Below are positions 26,771-39,100 of a stretch of DNA of 64,000 bases, piece after piece. The DNA comes from an uncultured delta proteobacterium. GTDB taxonomy: Bacteria > Desulfobacterota > WTBG01. The stretch is from positions 64,703 to 128,702 of the forward strand of contig CAWCBP010000004.1 of NCBI GenBank assembly GCA_963793865.1. The letters are read 5' to 3'. Each line of letters begins with the position of its first letter. The stretch's first letter is position 1. Under the pieces are notes generated by a model that did no database searches, was not told where the DNA came from, and saw only the letters and a list, made by a program, of their open reading frames with translations. The position numbers were made by a program, and so were the translations under genes.

Positions 26771-29296
26771 TTATAGCAAAGAAACCGGATCCACATCCAC
26801 AGAAAACGCCACTCCGCTTCCCTTTATCATCTCCGGCGCCCGGCTTATCAGCCGCGAGGCGAAGCCGCGAAGCAGGGTCAGGGAAGATCCCTTCACCGCC
26901 ATCTGGAAGCGGTATTTTCCCTTTATCTTTTCCCACGGGGCGGCAGCGGGCCCCAGCAGCTCGATGCCGTCACGGAACCTGCCTTCCTTGCGCAGCAGCG
27001 AGTGGGCCAGCGCTCCCAGGCGATCGGAAAAGTCGGCCGTTTTCTTCCTGCTTGCCCCTTCCATCCTGAAGTTGATGAGCCTGCTGAAGGGCGGATAATT
27101 GAGTTCTTTTCTGAATTTTACTTCCTCCTCGTAAAACAGGGAATAGGCCTGCTTCCTGGACGCCTCAATGCTGTAGTGCCGGGGATTAAAAGTCTGGATA
27201 ATCACCTCTCCGGCGATATCGCCCCTTCCCGCCCGCCCTGCAACCTGGGTGAGCAGCTGAAAGGTTCTTTCGCCCGCGCGGAAGTCGGGAAAGTTCAGGG
27301 ACGAATCGGCGGACACGACGCCCACCAGGGTGATGCCGGGCAGGTCATGCCCCTTGGCAATCATCTGGGTTCCTATAAGAATGCCGGCGGCGCTGGCGCT
27401 GAAGCGATTGAGCACGCTCCTATGTCCCCATTTGCCCCGCGTGGTATCGCGGTCCATGCGCTCCACCCGCGACTGGGGCAATAAAGCCTTTACCTCGTCC
27501 TCGAGCCGCTCCGTGCCCCGCCCCATGAGATTAAGACGAATGCCGCCGCAGCCGGGACAGGTATCCGGCGCGGCAATGGCATAACCGCAATAGTGACACT
27601 GCAGCTTTTTAATCCGCTGGTGGTGAATAAGGGATACGCTGCAATTGGGGCAGCCGAAGACATGGCCGCATTCCCTGCAGATGATGCAGGGGGCAAAGCC
27701 CCGGCGGTTGAGGAAGAGCAGGCTTTGCTGGTTCTGCCGGACCCGGTCCGCCAGGGTTTCTTTCAGCCTGCGGGAAAGCTCCCGGGCGGTTTCAGGGTGC
27801 TGCAGCCTCTCCTGCTTCATATCAACGATTTCGATGCTGGGCAGCGGCCTGCCTTCCACGCGCCTGGTCAGTTCCAACAGGGTAAGCTTTCCGGTCCGCG
27901 CGTTGAAATAGGACTCCACCGATGGTGTGGCCGAACCCAGGATGACCACGGCATGGTCCATCCGCCCCCTCACCAGGGCCAGGTCGCGCGCGTTGTACCT
28001 GAGTTTCTCCTCCTGCTTATAGGAGGTGTCGTGCTCCTCATCGACAACAATAATGCCGGGACGGGTAAAGGGCGCGAAGATGGCGGAACGGGTGCCGATG
28101 GCGACTTTCACCAGGCCCTTTTTAATCCGCCTCCATCCGTCATACCGCTCACCGGGGGACAGCCTGCTGTGCAGCACGGTAATGGCATCACCAAAGCGGG
28201 ACTGGAATCGGCCCACCAGCTGGGGGGTTAGGGAAATTTCCGGGACCAGAACCAGCGCCTCCCTGCCCTGCTTCAGCACATCTTCGACGGAGGCCAGGTA
28301 AACCTCTGTTTTCCCGCTTCCCGTAACACCATGGAGCAGAAACGGTGCGTACGCCCCTGAGGCAATCGCCTCCCTGATGCGGGTAAGAACCTTTTGCTGC
28401 TCAGGTGTCGGGGCCCGCCTTTCTTCGCACACCACCGTCTCCCCGCTTAAAGGATCGCGGTAGACCTCCCGCATCTCAAAGCCGACACAGCCCTTTTTTG
28501 CAAGGCCGCTGAGAAGGGGTGCGCATGGCCCGAATTTTTTATTTATCAATGCCAGGGGAATGATACCCGCCGGTTCAAGGAAGCGCAGCAGAGAAACCTG
28601 CCGGGGGGCTTTTTTCCCCCATACCTCCAGGAGCTCGGGGGCTTTGAGAACCTGACACCCCTTTTCTTCAAGCCGTATCCACTTCTCTTTTTTTATCGCG
28701 ACCGGTTTGCGTCCCTCCTGCATTTCCCGTCGGACCAGCCCCTCACGATCAAGCTGCGCCAGCACGCTCTGCAGCGCGTCACCCCCCGCAATCTTTTGCA
28801 GGGCCTTCAAGGAAATTCCTTGTTTCTCCCTCAGAGCTTTGAGCACGTTCCCGGCAGGACTGTCATCCCCGGCAGGCGGGCCGTTCTTCCCTTTTTCTGT
28901 CAGGGAGATCACCTGCCTGCTGGTGACATCGATGCTGGCGGGAAGGGCGGTTTTAATCACTCCCCCGAGGGGGGAAAAATAGTAGTCGCTGATCCACCGG
29001 TAAAAGGCGAGATGATGGGAGGTAAACAGCGGCTGGTCGTCCAGGACCTCAATAACGTCCTTGATCTCAAGCCCTTCAGGCTTGGCGTCACTGCCGACCA
29101 CATACCCCGTCACCTTTCGCTTGCCCAAAGGTACGAGGACCCGTTTTCCCACTTCTATGCCGGACCTGAGACCCTCCGGAACGCGGTAGGAGAGCAGCTT
29201 GGCGAGGGGTATGCCCAATGCCACTTCTATAAAAAAGTCTTCCCGTTCACTATTCATCCCTGACGACTTCGCGCAACCACTGCTTGAATCGATCAC
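26771..29296 (-). CDS. priA: primosomal protein N' (replication restart helicase PriA)
   Basis: 841 aa. Walker A GVTGSGKT; DEEH box; the Zn-ribbon pairs CRECGHVFGCPNC and CHYCGY...CPGCG; and helicase C motifs. Confidence 0.9.
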   Translation of the reverse strand: MIDSSSGCAKSSGMNSEREDFFIEVALGIPLAKLLSYRVPEGLRSGIEVGKRVLVPLGKRKVTGYVVGSDAKPEGLEIKDVIEVLDDQPLFTSHHLAFYRWISDYYFSPLGGVIKTALPASIDVTSRQVISLTEKGKNGPPAGDDSPAGNVLKALREKQGISLKALQKIAGGDALQSVLAQLDREGLVRREMQEGRKPVAIKKEKWIRLEEKGCQVLKAPELLEVWGKKAPRQVSLLRFLEPAGIIPLALINKKFGPCAPLLSGLAKKGCVGFEMREVYRDPLSGETVVCEERRAPTPEQQKVLTRIREAIASGAYAPFLLHGVTGSGKTEVYLASVEDVLKQGREALVLVPEISLTPQLVGRFQSRFGDAITVLHSRLSPGERYDGWRRIKKGLVKVAIGTRSAIFAPFTRPGIIVVDEEHDTSYKQEEKLRYNARDLALVRGRMDHAVVILGSATPSVESYFNARTGKLTLLELTRRVEGRPLPSIEIVDMKQERLQHPETARELSRRLKETLADRVRQNQQSLLFLNRRGFAPCIICRECGHVFGCPNCSVSLIHHQRIKKLQCHYCGYAIAAPDTCPGCGGIRLNLMGRGTERLEDEVKALLPQSRVERMDRDTTRGKWGHRSVLNRFSASAAGILIGTQMIAKGHDLPGITLVGVVSADSSLNFPDFRAGERTFQLLTQVAGRAGRGDIAGEVIIQTFNPRHYSIEASRKQAYSLFYEEEVKFRKELNYPPFSRLINFRMEGASRKKTADFSDRLGALAHSLLRKEGRFRDGIELLGPAAAPWEKIKGKYRFQMAVKGSSLTLLRGFASRLISRAPEMIKGSGVAFSVDVDPVSLL

Positions 29297-30122
29297 GTAA
29301 CTCCGGCCTTTTCAGGGCGTAACCGACAGTAGCCTGGACATACCCCAGCTTGTCGCCGACGTCATACCGGGTACCCGAGAACTGATAGCCCAGCACCCTT
29401 CCCCGCCGGCTTAACTCCGCCAGGCCTTCCGCCAGCTGAATTTCTCCGTCCGCGCTCGGTCGGAGCTGCCTCAGGACAGGAAACATCTCAGGGGGTAGAA
29501 TGTAGCGGCCAATGATGGCAAGGTTTGAAGGCGCCTTTCCCCGGGGGGGCTTTTCTACAATGCGCCTGACCAGGTAGAGCTTGTCCTCAACGCGCTCACC
29601 TTCAACGATCCCGTAGAGATGCGTGTCTTCTTCGGGAACTTCCCGCAGCGCGATCACCGCCGCCGATTGATGGCGCTCATAGACATCGAGAAGCTGACGG
29701 GTGACCGGCACCTCCGCGTCAATCATGTCGTCGGGGTACAGAACGGCAACAGCCTCTCCTTCCGCAACAGGCGCCGCGCACAATACCGCGTCACCCGTGC
29801 CCAGCTGCTGCTTCTGCCTCACCGCGATGATGTTGACCATCCGGGAGATTTCCCTGACGGTGGCGAGCAGCTCTTTTTTGCCTTTTCTTTCGAGGATGTC
29901 CTCCAGCTCCCCTTGGATGTCGAAATGGTCCTCGATGCATCCCTTGCCCTTGCCGGTAACCAGGATTATCTCCTTAAGCCTGGACGCGACAGCCTCTTCA
30001 ACAATATACTGGATTCCCGGCCTGTCCACGACGGGCAGCATCTCCTTGGGAATCGCCTTGCTCGCGGGCAACAGCCGCGTTCCCCATCCCGCGGCAGGAA
30101 TAATGGCCTTTTTAACGATCAC
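29250..30122 (-). CDS. galU: UTP--glucose-1-phosphate uridylyltransferase
   Basis: MIVKKAIIPAAGWGTRLLPASKAIPKEMLPVVDRP is the canonical GalU N-terminus. 290 aa. Confidence 0.9.
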   Translation of the reverse strand: MIVKKAIIPAAGWGTRLLPASKAIPKEMLPVVDRPGIQYIVEEAVASRLKEIILVTGKGKGCIEDHFDIQGELEDILERKGKKELLATVREISRMVNIIAVRQKQQLGTGDAVLCAAPVAEGEAVAVLYPDDMIDAEVPVTRQLLDVYERHQSAAVIALREVPEEDTHLYGIVEGERVEDKLYLVRRIVEKPPRGKAPSNLAIIGRYILPPEMFPVLRQLRPSADGEIQLAEGLAELSRRGRVLGYQFSGTRYDVGDKLGYVQATVGYALKRPELRDRFKQWLREVVRDE

Positions 30123-30378
30123 TATTAAGACCCCTTTTATAAATTCGAGAACAAAGAAATCATTTGCGGTTTATCAGGCGAAATCCGAAATACGAAACAA
30201 ATCAAAAATTCAATTTTCAAATGACCAAAACATCAGGTGTCAAAGAAACGCTATTCAATTGAATAAAAAGACGAACGTTGAACATTCAACATCCAACTTT
30301 GAATGAACAAGATTTCTTCTCGTTGGATGTTGGACGTTAACATTCTCACTCATGACCACTTCTTTACATCCAACTAAG

Positions 30379-31299
30379 TCATTCACCCTCTTCCGGTTGC
30401 TCTCCCTCAACTTCCTTTGCGGTCAGCGTCAGGGTTATCGGCTGAACAGACTGCGCCCCTTCGGGGTCAATGGCGATAACCTCGAAATTGTAGGTGCCCC
30501 CCTGCTGCTGATCACTGATCTGCCACCTGACCAGTCCTGAATCGGAATCAATGGTCATGCCTTCAGGGGCCGAAGAAAGACTGAATTTCACCTCATCTTC
30601 ATCGGGATCCTCGGCAGTGACCGTGTATTCGTATGAAGAAACTTCCATGGTCTCCCCGGCCGGATTGGAGGTGATAAGAGGAGCGCTGTTGAGAATAACC
30701 GCTTCGCTGGAATAGTATGAAACTTCGGGCGACTCACCATCGCTGACACGCGCCTGACAGCCGATTCTGTCGCCCTTTTTGAAATAGTCAGTTGACAGCG
30801 TCGATCCTGTCGCTCCCGGAATGTCCTCCTTGCCCTTTTTCCACTGGTAGGATGTCCTGACATACTCGCCGTCGGCATCAAACACATCCAAAAGCGCCGT
30901 CAATTCATCCTTGGAGTGTGCCGGCATCGGCTCGACAGTGAATGACCTGAGAACAGGAGGGCTGTTTGCAATGATTACCGGCTTGGACGGAACCGGCTTG
31001 CCTTTCATCTCATTGACATAAGGAGTTACCTCAACCGTAATGGTATCTCCTTTTTGAAAGTTGTCCTGCTTAAGGGTGCTCTCCGTTTCCCCCATGATCT
31101 CTTTTCCGTTTTTCATCCAGCGGTAACTCACATCCGCCGTTTCCGCCTGATCAAACTTCACCACCGTCTCCAGCAGGCTGCTTTTGGAAGGATTCTCAGG
31201 CAGTATTTCAACCGAACTGATGGCAGGAACCGTCACCGTATCAGCACTTTTCCCTTCTCCTCCTTTGTGCCGCATGAAGTAACCACGACCAGCATACAT
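30379..31299 (-). CDS. secreted protein with three tandem Ig-like beta-sandwich repeats
   Basis: Three repeats of about 90 aa carry Y(R/Q)W(M/K)KNG.EI.G.T.STL...FQKGD.I..EV. The N-terminus is hydrophobic. Confidence 0.5.
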   Translation of the reverse strand: MYAGRGYFMRHKGGEGKSADTVTVPAISSVEILPENPSKSSLLETVVKFDQAETADVSYRWMKNGKEIMGETESTLKQDNFQKGDTITVEVTPYVNEMKGKPVPSKPVIIANSPPVLRSFTVEPMPAHSKDELTALLDVFDADGEYVRTSYQWKKGKEDIPGATGSTLSTDYFKKGDRIGCQARVSDGESPEVSYYSSEAVILNSAPLITSNPAGETMEVSSYEYTVTAEDPDEDEVKFSLSSAPEGMTIDSDSGLVRWQISDQQQGGTYNFEVIAIDPEGAQSVQPITLTLTAKEVEGEQPEEGE

Positions 31300-31889
31300 C
31301 CCAAGACAACCAGTCTGTACCAGCCCAAACTAGTCCGCTTCATCTTTTGATCCCTCCCCCGTGCCCTTTCGGGGCGCCATCAATCATGATAATGTAATTC
31401 TATAGACATGTCATTCTGCGGCTCGACCGCAGAATCCAGTTTGAATTTTTTATTGGATCCTGCGATCAAGTCGCAGGATGACCCGGCACTTTGAACAGAA
31501 GAAAGATTTCTCGCTCACGCTCGAAATGACATGGGGGAGGCATCAAAATAATACGGTAGGAGCGGCTTCAGCCGCGAAACCTATCCTTTCCCGCTGCCTT
31601 TCGAAGGAGCTTTCAACCTTAATCCTCTTCCGCCCTCCCGGTCATTTCGAAGAAGCGAAGCGACTGAGAAATCTTATTCTATGTTCGCGTTAAACAACGA
31701 GATTGCCGCACTCAATTTGGTCTCTCGCAATGACCATAAAATATCGCCATTTTCATGCATCATAGTGCAAATAGCTTTTTTGTCAAGCAATCAATTATCG
31801 CAGATAATCGCGTTTTCCCCGCAAAAAAGATCCCTCAGCAGAGGCTCTGCTGAGGGGTCCCCCTCCTTATTAAAGGTTAGTGAAAGATA

Positions 31890-34800
31890 CTAATTCGGGT
31901 AGCTGCACCAATCGGGTTCTGCGCATGTAGGAGACTCAGGACAGGGATTCTGTATGCTGTTCCTGCCAAAGTCCGCCTTGAACCTGCTTGCATCAGTCCC
32001 ATCCACATCTGCGTCGCAATCAAAATCGCCGCGGCAGGGATTGAAGCTATTACAGGGAAAATTAAACTGGCCTCTACCAAAATAGAGTTTGAAGATGGAT
32101 GCATCCGAACCGTCGACATCTGCATCACAGTTAAAGTTTCCTTCACATTCGCAGGCATCACCCACTGTATTACCTCCGGGCGGAAGGTTGTCTTCCTGTC
32201 CGGGATTGTAATTTATGGGACAGTTGTCACACCCATCTCCAAAGCCATCGCCATCCGCCTCCGCCTGATCTGCATTAGCAACAGTGGGGCAGTTATCGAT
32301 GTCACCGCAAACGGTATCACCATCAACGTCGTTGTTGGGATCATTTGGACAGATGTCGTCGAAATCGCATGTTCCATCCCCATCCGTGTCACCGCCGCCT
32401 GCGGTAATACAGACGCCGCTCTGGCATTGATCAGGAATGGAGCAGGTGTCACCATCGTTGCAGATGGTTCCGTCGGGCAGCGGATCGGCTGCACAGGTTC
32501 CGGCAGGTTCTTCACAGACACCGGTATTGCACTGGTCGGTCAGGGAGGAGCAGTCCACCGTCAACCCTGCCTGACACATCTCAGTCAAGAGGTTGCAGGT
32601 CTCGGTACCGTTGCACGCAAGGCCGTCATCGCAGTCCGCGTCATCGCCGCAATTTACGCAGGGCGGCACGGACGTCGCCCAGGGCGTGTAGTCAACGTTA
32701 CCGGAAACCGCATCGCAACCGGCGGCTCCAGGTCCACTCACGCAGCCCCACCAGTTGTTTTCAGCAGTTAATGTTGCAGCCAACTGATTATTAACACCCG
32801 GCGTGTTTCCGTCTATGCTATTGTTTTCAATTAAAATTGTACCTGGCCAGCCATTATCCATATAAATACCATCTGACGCGTTGTTTTTAATCGCATTACA
32901 TTGAATGGAAACATCCTTGGGTCCGTAGGTTCCATTCACTGTCAACGCAGCATCAGCAATGGACTGAATATCAATACCCCACAAATTATTTTCAATAATA
33001 TTGTTTTCAACTACTATTGTTCTGGCATCAACAATCCAGATCGCATCATTGGTTGCATTATCATGGATGTAATTGTTTTTCACCTCAAGGGCTCCGGTAC
33101 CTGCAGTAATGGATTGCAGCACGATGCCGGAACACTTGGTATTAGTTACCTCATTATTTTCAATTAACAGCCCCGAATAATCCAGGTGGGCCGTTAAATC
33201 AGGGCCAGGAAAGCCCTCTGACTCATATCCGACATAAATACCGAATCCCCAATAGCCCGGCTGGATATTTGATACTTTGCAATTAGTGATGTGAATATTC
33301 TGCAAGTTATCCAGCGGTTTGGGGTCATATCCGCATACCATACCGTCCTGGGTGAAATTGGTTACATCAATATTGTTAAATGTAACGTTGCCCGATTTGA
33401 TTTTAACGCCGGTTGTCCATGTCGGCACCAGACCGGTTCCATCGAGCACTGCCCCGTCGCACCCGGTAGCCGTCAGCGCCTTGGGAATGATTACCTGTTC
33501 CGGGTAGGTGCCGGCGGCAACATATACCGTACCACCCGGCACCACTGCATCTACACCGAGCTGGATGTATTTGAAAGACTCGTTAAAGTTACCTCGTGCC
33601 GGATGCGCTGCGATGACCGTGCTGTCATCGTTTACAAAGATGTGGCTGCGGTTGCCCTCCGCTGTTCCATCTGCTGCGCGCCGGTCCAGCACAAAGGCGT
33701 CATTGTTGGCAACCGAAAGTGCCAGCACACTCTGTTGGTAATCCGGGTCAAAGAGTGCACCGCCCGTATTCCAAACAATGTCCCATTCGTTGTGGGTGGC
33801 TTCGAAGCTGGGACATTCACCGTGGGTCCCATATTGTTCCCCAGGAGTTGTTACTCATCGTCCTGTTATCGGCATCCGCCTGATTATTGGTATAGTTCAT
33901 TATCCCGCCCTTGGTGTCGTAAATTGTGTTGTTGCTGATGGTGACAGTATTGTTATACTGGACCACCACACCATTGCGGGTGTTGTAAATTGTATTGCCG
34001 GTGATGCTGATGCCGGTGGCGGCACCGGAACCGACACAGATGGCGATTCCGCCCCAAGTGCTCATGGCTCCCGACTGGGCAGGTACATAGATTGTATTAT
34101 CCGTAATCGCAATTCCAGAAAGGCCCAGGTTGACGGGCACCCGTATCAGGGAGTACACCAGTTCATTAAATGCCGGCAGGGGTGCCGGGGGAGGATACGG
34201 GGGCATTGCACTGTGTGTAATCTCCAGATCCTGCAGGGTTACATTATTTGCCCTGATCTCGAAGACCGAGACGGCGGCAGTGGTGCCCTGTACAATGGCT
34301 CCCCCGCCGGAAGGTCCTAAGATGGTGACCGGCTTATTCACAATTATAGTTGCTGCAACATTGTATGTTCCCGCTGCCACATTAATTATAGTGGCATCTG
34401 CACCATAAACAACGGTACGGCCCCAGAGCGCCTCAGCGGTAATTTCGTTGTTTTCTCCGCTGCCTATATAGTTTTCCCAGCCGCCCGTTCCCAGTTGTAC
34501 GCTTCCCATGTAGTCTGCTGCTCCCTGTATCTCAACTATATAACCGTCACGGTCAACCTCATTCAGGGCCATTATGGCATAGGCGGTTTCCTGGATAGTT
34601 TCATCGCCGTCGTTTGGAATTACGTAGTTTGAGTTCCAGGCAAAGCCACCCCCGGCTATCTGGTAGCCGGCAAGAATCGCCGCCAAATCACTTAAGCTGC
34701 CGGCTGCCGCATGCTCACCTGCAGTCGGGTCAAACTCCTCACCCACCAATGCAAGTGCATATACAGCTCCGGCAAGTCCTATGACATCATAGTATGCATC

Positions 34801-35556
34801 ACCATCAAGTTCATCAATCTCTCCCTTGACACCGGCAATCCACTCGGCGGTGCCGGCTCCTGCGGAGGCCGCACCAACCAGGCCCATGGCTACATCCCAG
34901 GCTGCTAAATTTGCTATGCCCTGATTAAAACGGTCATCACGGATCTTCTGTACATAGCTCGCCGTGCTATAGAGTACGCCTAAGTTTAGTCTGTCATACG
35001 TGCCGGCGGCCAGAGGTCCATAGAAATAGGTATTGACGTGGTCAGTGTAAGTGGTTCCCCCGAATATCTGGTCAAGCTTAGCTGCCAGATATCCGTCCGA
35101 AGGTGAGAAATTGTAAACCTTTGTTAAAAGGAAAGTACCTGCATCCTGCAGGGCTGCAAGATGATCAGGATCTGCCGTGTGTGAATAGGCCTGGGCAAGA
35201 CCCATGGCGATGGGACCAACTGTATTGGTGGGACTTGCGGAAGCGGGATTACCATCATTAAGCGGCCAGTCCCATCCTCCATCATTGTTCTGCAAAGCAG
35301 CAAGCCTGTCGGCACCGCTCTGCATTGAGGTATCAATTGCGACGCTCGCGTCAATGGCGGCCTGAATGGTTGAATAGCAACCACCTGTTCCGCCGGTATT
35401 AACGCACAACGTTTCCGCACTTGCGGCTCCCAGTCCCAAAGGGATGAGCACTGCCGTAATGACCACAGAAGAAAATATTGATGTAAGCTTTTTCATTCTT
35501 CCCCTCCATCGTGAATAGGTTTTAAAGCAAAGCTTCGTTGAAAATAATCTTCTCAC
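31890..35556 (-). CDS. large secreted protein: signal peptide, alpha/alpha-toroid-like region, two right-handed beta-helix (NosD/pectate-lyase-like) segments, thrombospondin type-3 Ca-binding repeats, Cys-rich modules and C-terminal dockerin-like repeat pair; frameshift near 33730-33830
   Basis: ORFs 33817..35556 (MKKLTSIFSSVVITAVLIPLGLGAASA signal, NNTIYD beta-helix turns) and 31890..33728 (IENN/VENN beta-helix repeats; TSP3 DTDGDGTCDFDDICPNDPNNDVDGD...DGDGFGDGCDNCP; terminal CDADVDGSDASIFKLYFGR and CDADVDGTDASRFKADFGR) are contiguous in different frames. Confidence 0.65.
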
Positions 35557-36108
35557 TGCATCAAGTCCGTTGCCTCACCCCCTTTCGTGAAATCGTTGCT
35601 CAGTAAAATTTAAAACCTTCTTTAAAATGAAAAACCCTTTCATCTATGTTTAATGCATGAAAAAGGGTTAAATAAAAATAAGCTGCCCTGGGAATGGCAT
35701 ATGAAGTCATGGTAGTCGACACAGGAATGCCATTCACGTACGGGCAGCGGAAGGCTACAGGATTAAAACTAAAATTTCTCAGACTTACGCTCCTATAGTT
35801 TCAACTCTGAAATTTAATCTGCACAAGAATTATTATACTTTTAATACTATCCCTGGGCAGGTATGGATCGGAAACAATAGCAAATAACATATTGCATATA
35901 CATATACCTAAAGGCCATATTGTTTTTATCTTTTTTTTCATATTTTGTATATAGGCAGAAATCTGATTTACCCATTCGAAATTCCTGATTTTTTGCTTCG
36001 AAAAACCTTAGATGCTGCTTCGAATATTCTTATAAATAATTAATCAAATAACCTCAAAAATACAAAAAATGCATATGTATATAATTGGTTCGGAAAACTT
36101 GTAATTAC

Positions 36109-36151
36109 CCACAAAAAAAAGACCCATCAGCAAAGGTTTTGCCGATGGGTC
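36109..36151 (-). terminator. rho-independent terminator of the giant Cys-rich gene
   Basis: Minus strand reads TAAGGAGGGGA-CCCATCGGCAAAACCTTTGCTGATGGG-TCTTTTTTTT. Confidence 0.7.
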
Positions 36152-36199
36152 CCCTCCTTATCAAATATTAATTTGCTATTGAATTAACCCGGAGATGGA

Positions 36200-39100
36200 T
36201 CAGTATATCTCCCCGAACAGGCAATAATCACAGCAGTTCATTCTGCCCAGGGCTTTATCAATCATCACCAGCACATCAAAGATGTCTATGTCATTATCGC
36301 TCTCACAGTTCGGGGTACCGGATGGATTTCCGCAATAGGGAGGCAAACCATTGGGCACATCCCCGTTACCAATCTGGCAGTCAGTAGCCGTCTGGAGATT
36401 CAGGATAATATCAACCGCTTCAAGGATATCAAACAGGTCCACTATGCCGTCGCCGCAGCAGGTCGGAGCACCGCAGGTCCCGCCGATGCAGTCCTGGGGA
36501 TAAATATCACCGCAGGTGGTGAAGCAGACCTCGCCCGGGCTTTCGCAAACGCACAGATCCTCGTTATACTGATCTGAAATCTTGCTGGCAACCGGACAAA
36601 GATCAACGCAGGCGTCCTCGCCACAGGTATCCTGCTCAGGCCCTGCTGAATAGACTATCCGGGCAACGGTTCCTCTTCCCTGTGTAATAATGGCCGACGG
36701 ATCGGTCGAGTACAGGACTATCCTGCAGCACCCGTCTGCCTGCTCATTAGCTGAGCAGCTGAAATCGAGGGCGCGGTCAGGATCAACCACACACTGGGTG
36801 CATACCAGGTTGTCCTCCCCGCCTGCGCACTCACAGATATCCGTGACCATCGCCCGTATACTATGTTCCGGGTTAATGAGATTCAGATCAACCAGCCCCG
36901 ACTCGCTGTTGGGCTGCATGTTGGTGTCGCCAATATCCACAATCACCTTGCCGATGTCGATTTCTACACTATCAGTACCCCATTCGCAGGTGTCGGTTAC
37001 CGTTATTTCGTATTGCGCAATTTTATCAAGCTGCTGGCAGGAATCGTCAATGGTCAACCTCCAGCAGCAGTTATCGATCTGGTCAATGCTTAAGAATGGT
37101 TCTGCCGGATCGATTGACCACGCCAGGCACGACGGATCGAACGGGTCGCAGTCAGAGCAGACAGTAAAATCGATGACATCATTACATGTGGCGGCAAGTC
37201 CGCGCCTTCCCGGCCGGTTGTATGCGGGATCATTAATCTCTTCACCGGGGCACGTCCTGCCCCGGGCAATTTCAATACCGCACACACAGCCCGGAATCTT
37301 GGTTCCAACACACGTACCGGCAACGCAGACATCGTCTTTGGTACAGGAGTCGGCATCATTGCAGGGTAGTGTATTGTTGGGATTGCTGCAGCCCACTCCT
37401 ACTGTGCATATGTCGCCAGTGCAAACATTATTGTCGGAACAGAGTGTATTGTCAGGCGTTCCGTTACAGGTACCGTCTGAGCAGGTGTCGTTCTGGGTGC
37501 AGGCCAGCGTATCATCGCAGGGCAGAGTGTTGTTAGGATGGGAGCATGTTCCGGAACCGTTGCAGACGTCATTGGTGCAGACGTTGCCATCGTCATCGGT
37601 ACAGGTGGTACCGTTAGCGGTATAGCAGTTATCTGCGGATTCGTTACAAGTGTTGTTGCAATCAGGCCCGCTGCTGCAGGGATCGCCGGCATGGACTGAG
37701 CAACTCCCTACGCCGCAGGTATCGGTACCGTTGCAGTATAAGCCGTCATCGCAGGCGGTACCGTCAGGAGGATAGCAGTTGTCGGCAGTCTCGTTGCATG
37801 TATTGTTGCAGGCCGGCCCGCCAATGCAGGGGTCGCCGGCATGCACTGAGCAACTCCCGCCGCTGCAGGTATCGGTACCATTGCAGTATACGCTGTCATC
37901 GCAGGGCAGAGTGTTGTTAGAATGGGAGCAGGTTCCGGAGCCGTCGCAGACATCGTTGGTGCAGACGTTGCCGTCATCGGTACAGGAGGTGCCGCTTGAG
38001 GTGGAGCAGTTATCTGCGGATTCGTTGCAGGTATTGTTGCAATCAGGCCCGCTGCTGCAGGGATCGCCGGCATGGACTGAGCAACTCCCGCCGCTGCAGG
38101 TATCGGTACCATTGCAGTATAAGCCGTCAGTGCAGGCGGTGCCGTTAGGGGGATAGCAGTTGTCGGCAGCCTCGTTGCAGGTGTTGTTGCAGATGGGCCC
38201 GCCGCTGCAGGGGTCCCCGGCATGAACAGAACAACTCCCGCCGCTGCAGGTATCCGTACCAGTGCAGTACAAGCCGTCATTGCAGGATGCGGTGTTGTTG
38301 GTATGCACGCAGCCGGTCGAGATATTACAGCTGTCAGTTAGTGCAGATGTTGCTGTCATCACAATTTGGTGCCGCTCCTCCAACGCATGTCCCGCCTGAA
38401 CAGGTGTCACTGGTGGTGCAGGCGTTTCCGTCATTGCAGGATGCGGTGTTGTTGGTATGCACGCAGCCGGTCGAGATATTGCAGCTGTCGTTGGTGCAGA
38501 CGTTGCTGTCATCACAATTTGGTGCCGCTCCTCCAACGCATGTCCCGCCTGAACAGGTGTCACTGGTGGTGCAGGCGTTTCCGTCATTGCAGGATGCGGT
38601 GTTGTTGGTATGCACGCAGCCGGTCGAGATATTGCAGCTATCGTTGGTGCAGACGTTGCTGTCATCACAGCTCAGTGCCGCTCCTCCAACGCATGTCCCG
38701 CCTGAACAGGTGTCACTGGTGGTGCAGGCGTTTCCGTCGCTGCAGGATGCGGTGTTGTTGGTATGCACGCAGCCGGTCGAGATATTGCAGCTATCGTTGG
38801 TACAGACGTTGCTGTCATCACAGCTCAGTGCCGCTCCTCCAACGCATGTCCCGCCTGAACAGGTGTCACTGGTGGTGCAGGCGTTTCCGTCATTGCAGGA
38901 TGCGGTGTTGTTGGTATGCACGCAGCCGGTCGAGATATTGCAGCTGTCGTTGGTGCAGATGTTGCTGTCATCACAATTTGGTGCCGCTCCTCCAACGCAT
39001 GTCCCGCCTGAACAGGTGTCACTGGTGGTGCAGGCGTTTCCGTCATTGCAGGATGCGGTGTTGTTGGTATGCACGCAGCCGGTCGAGATATTGCAGTTGT

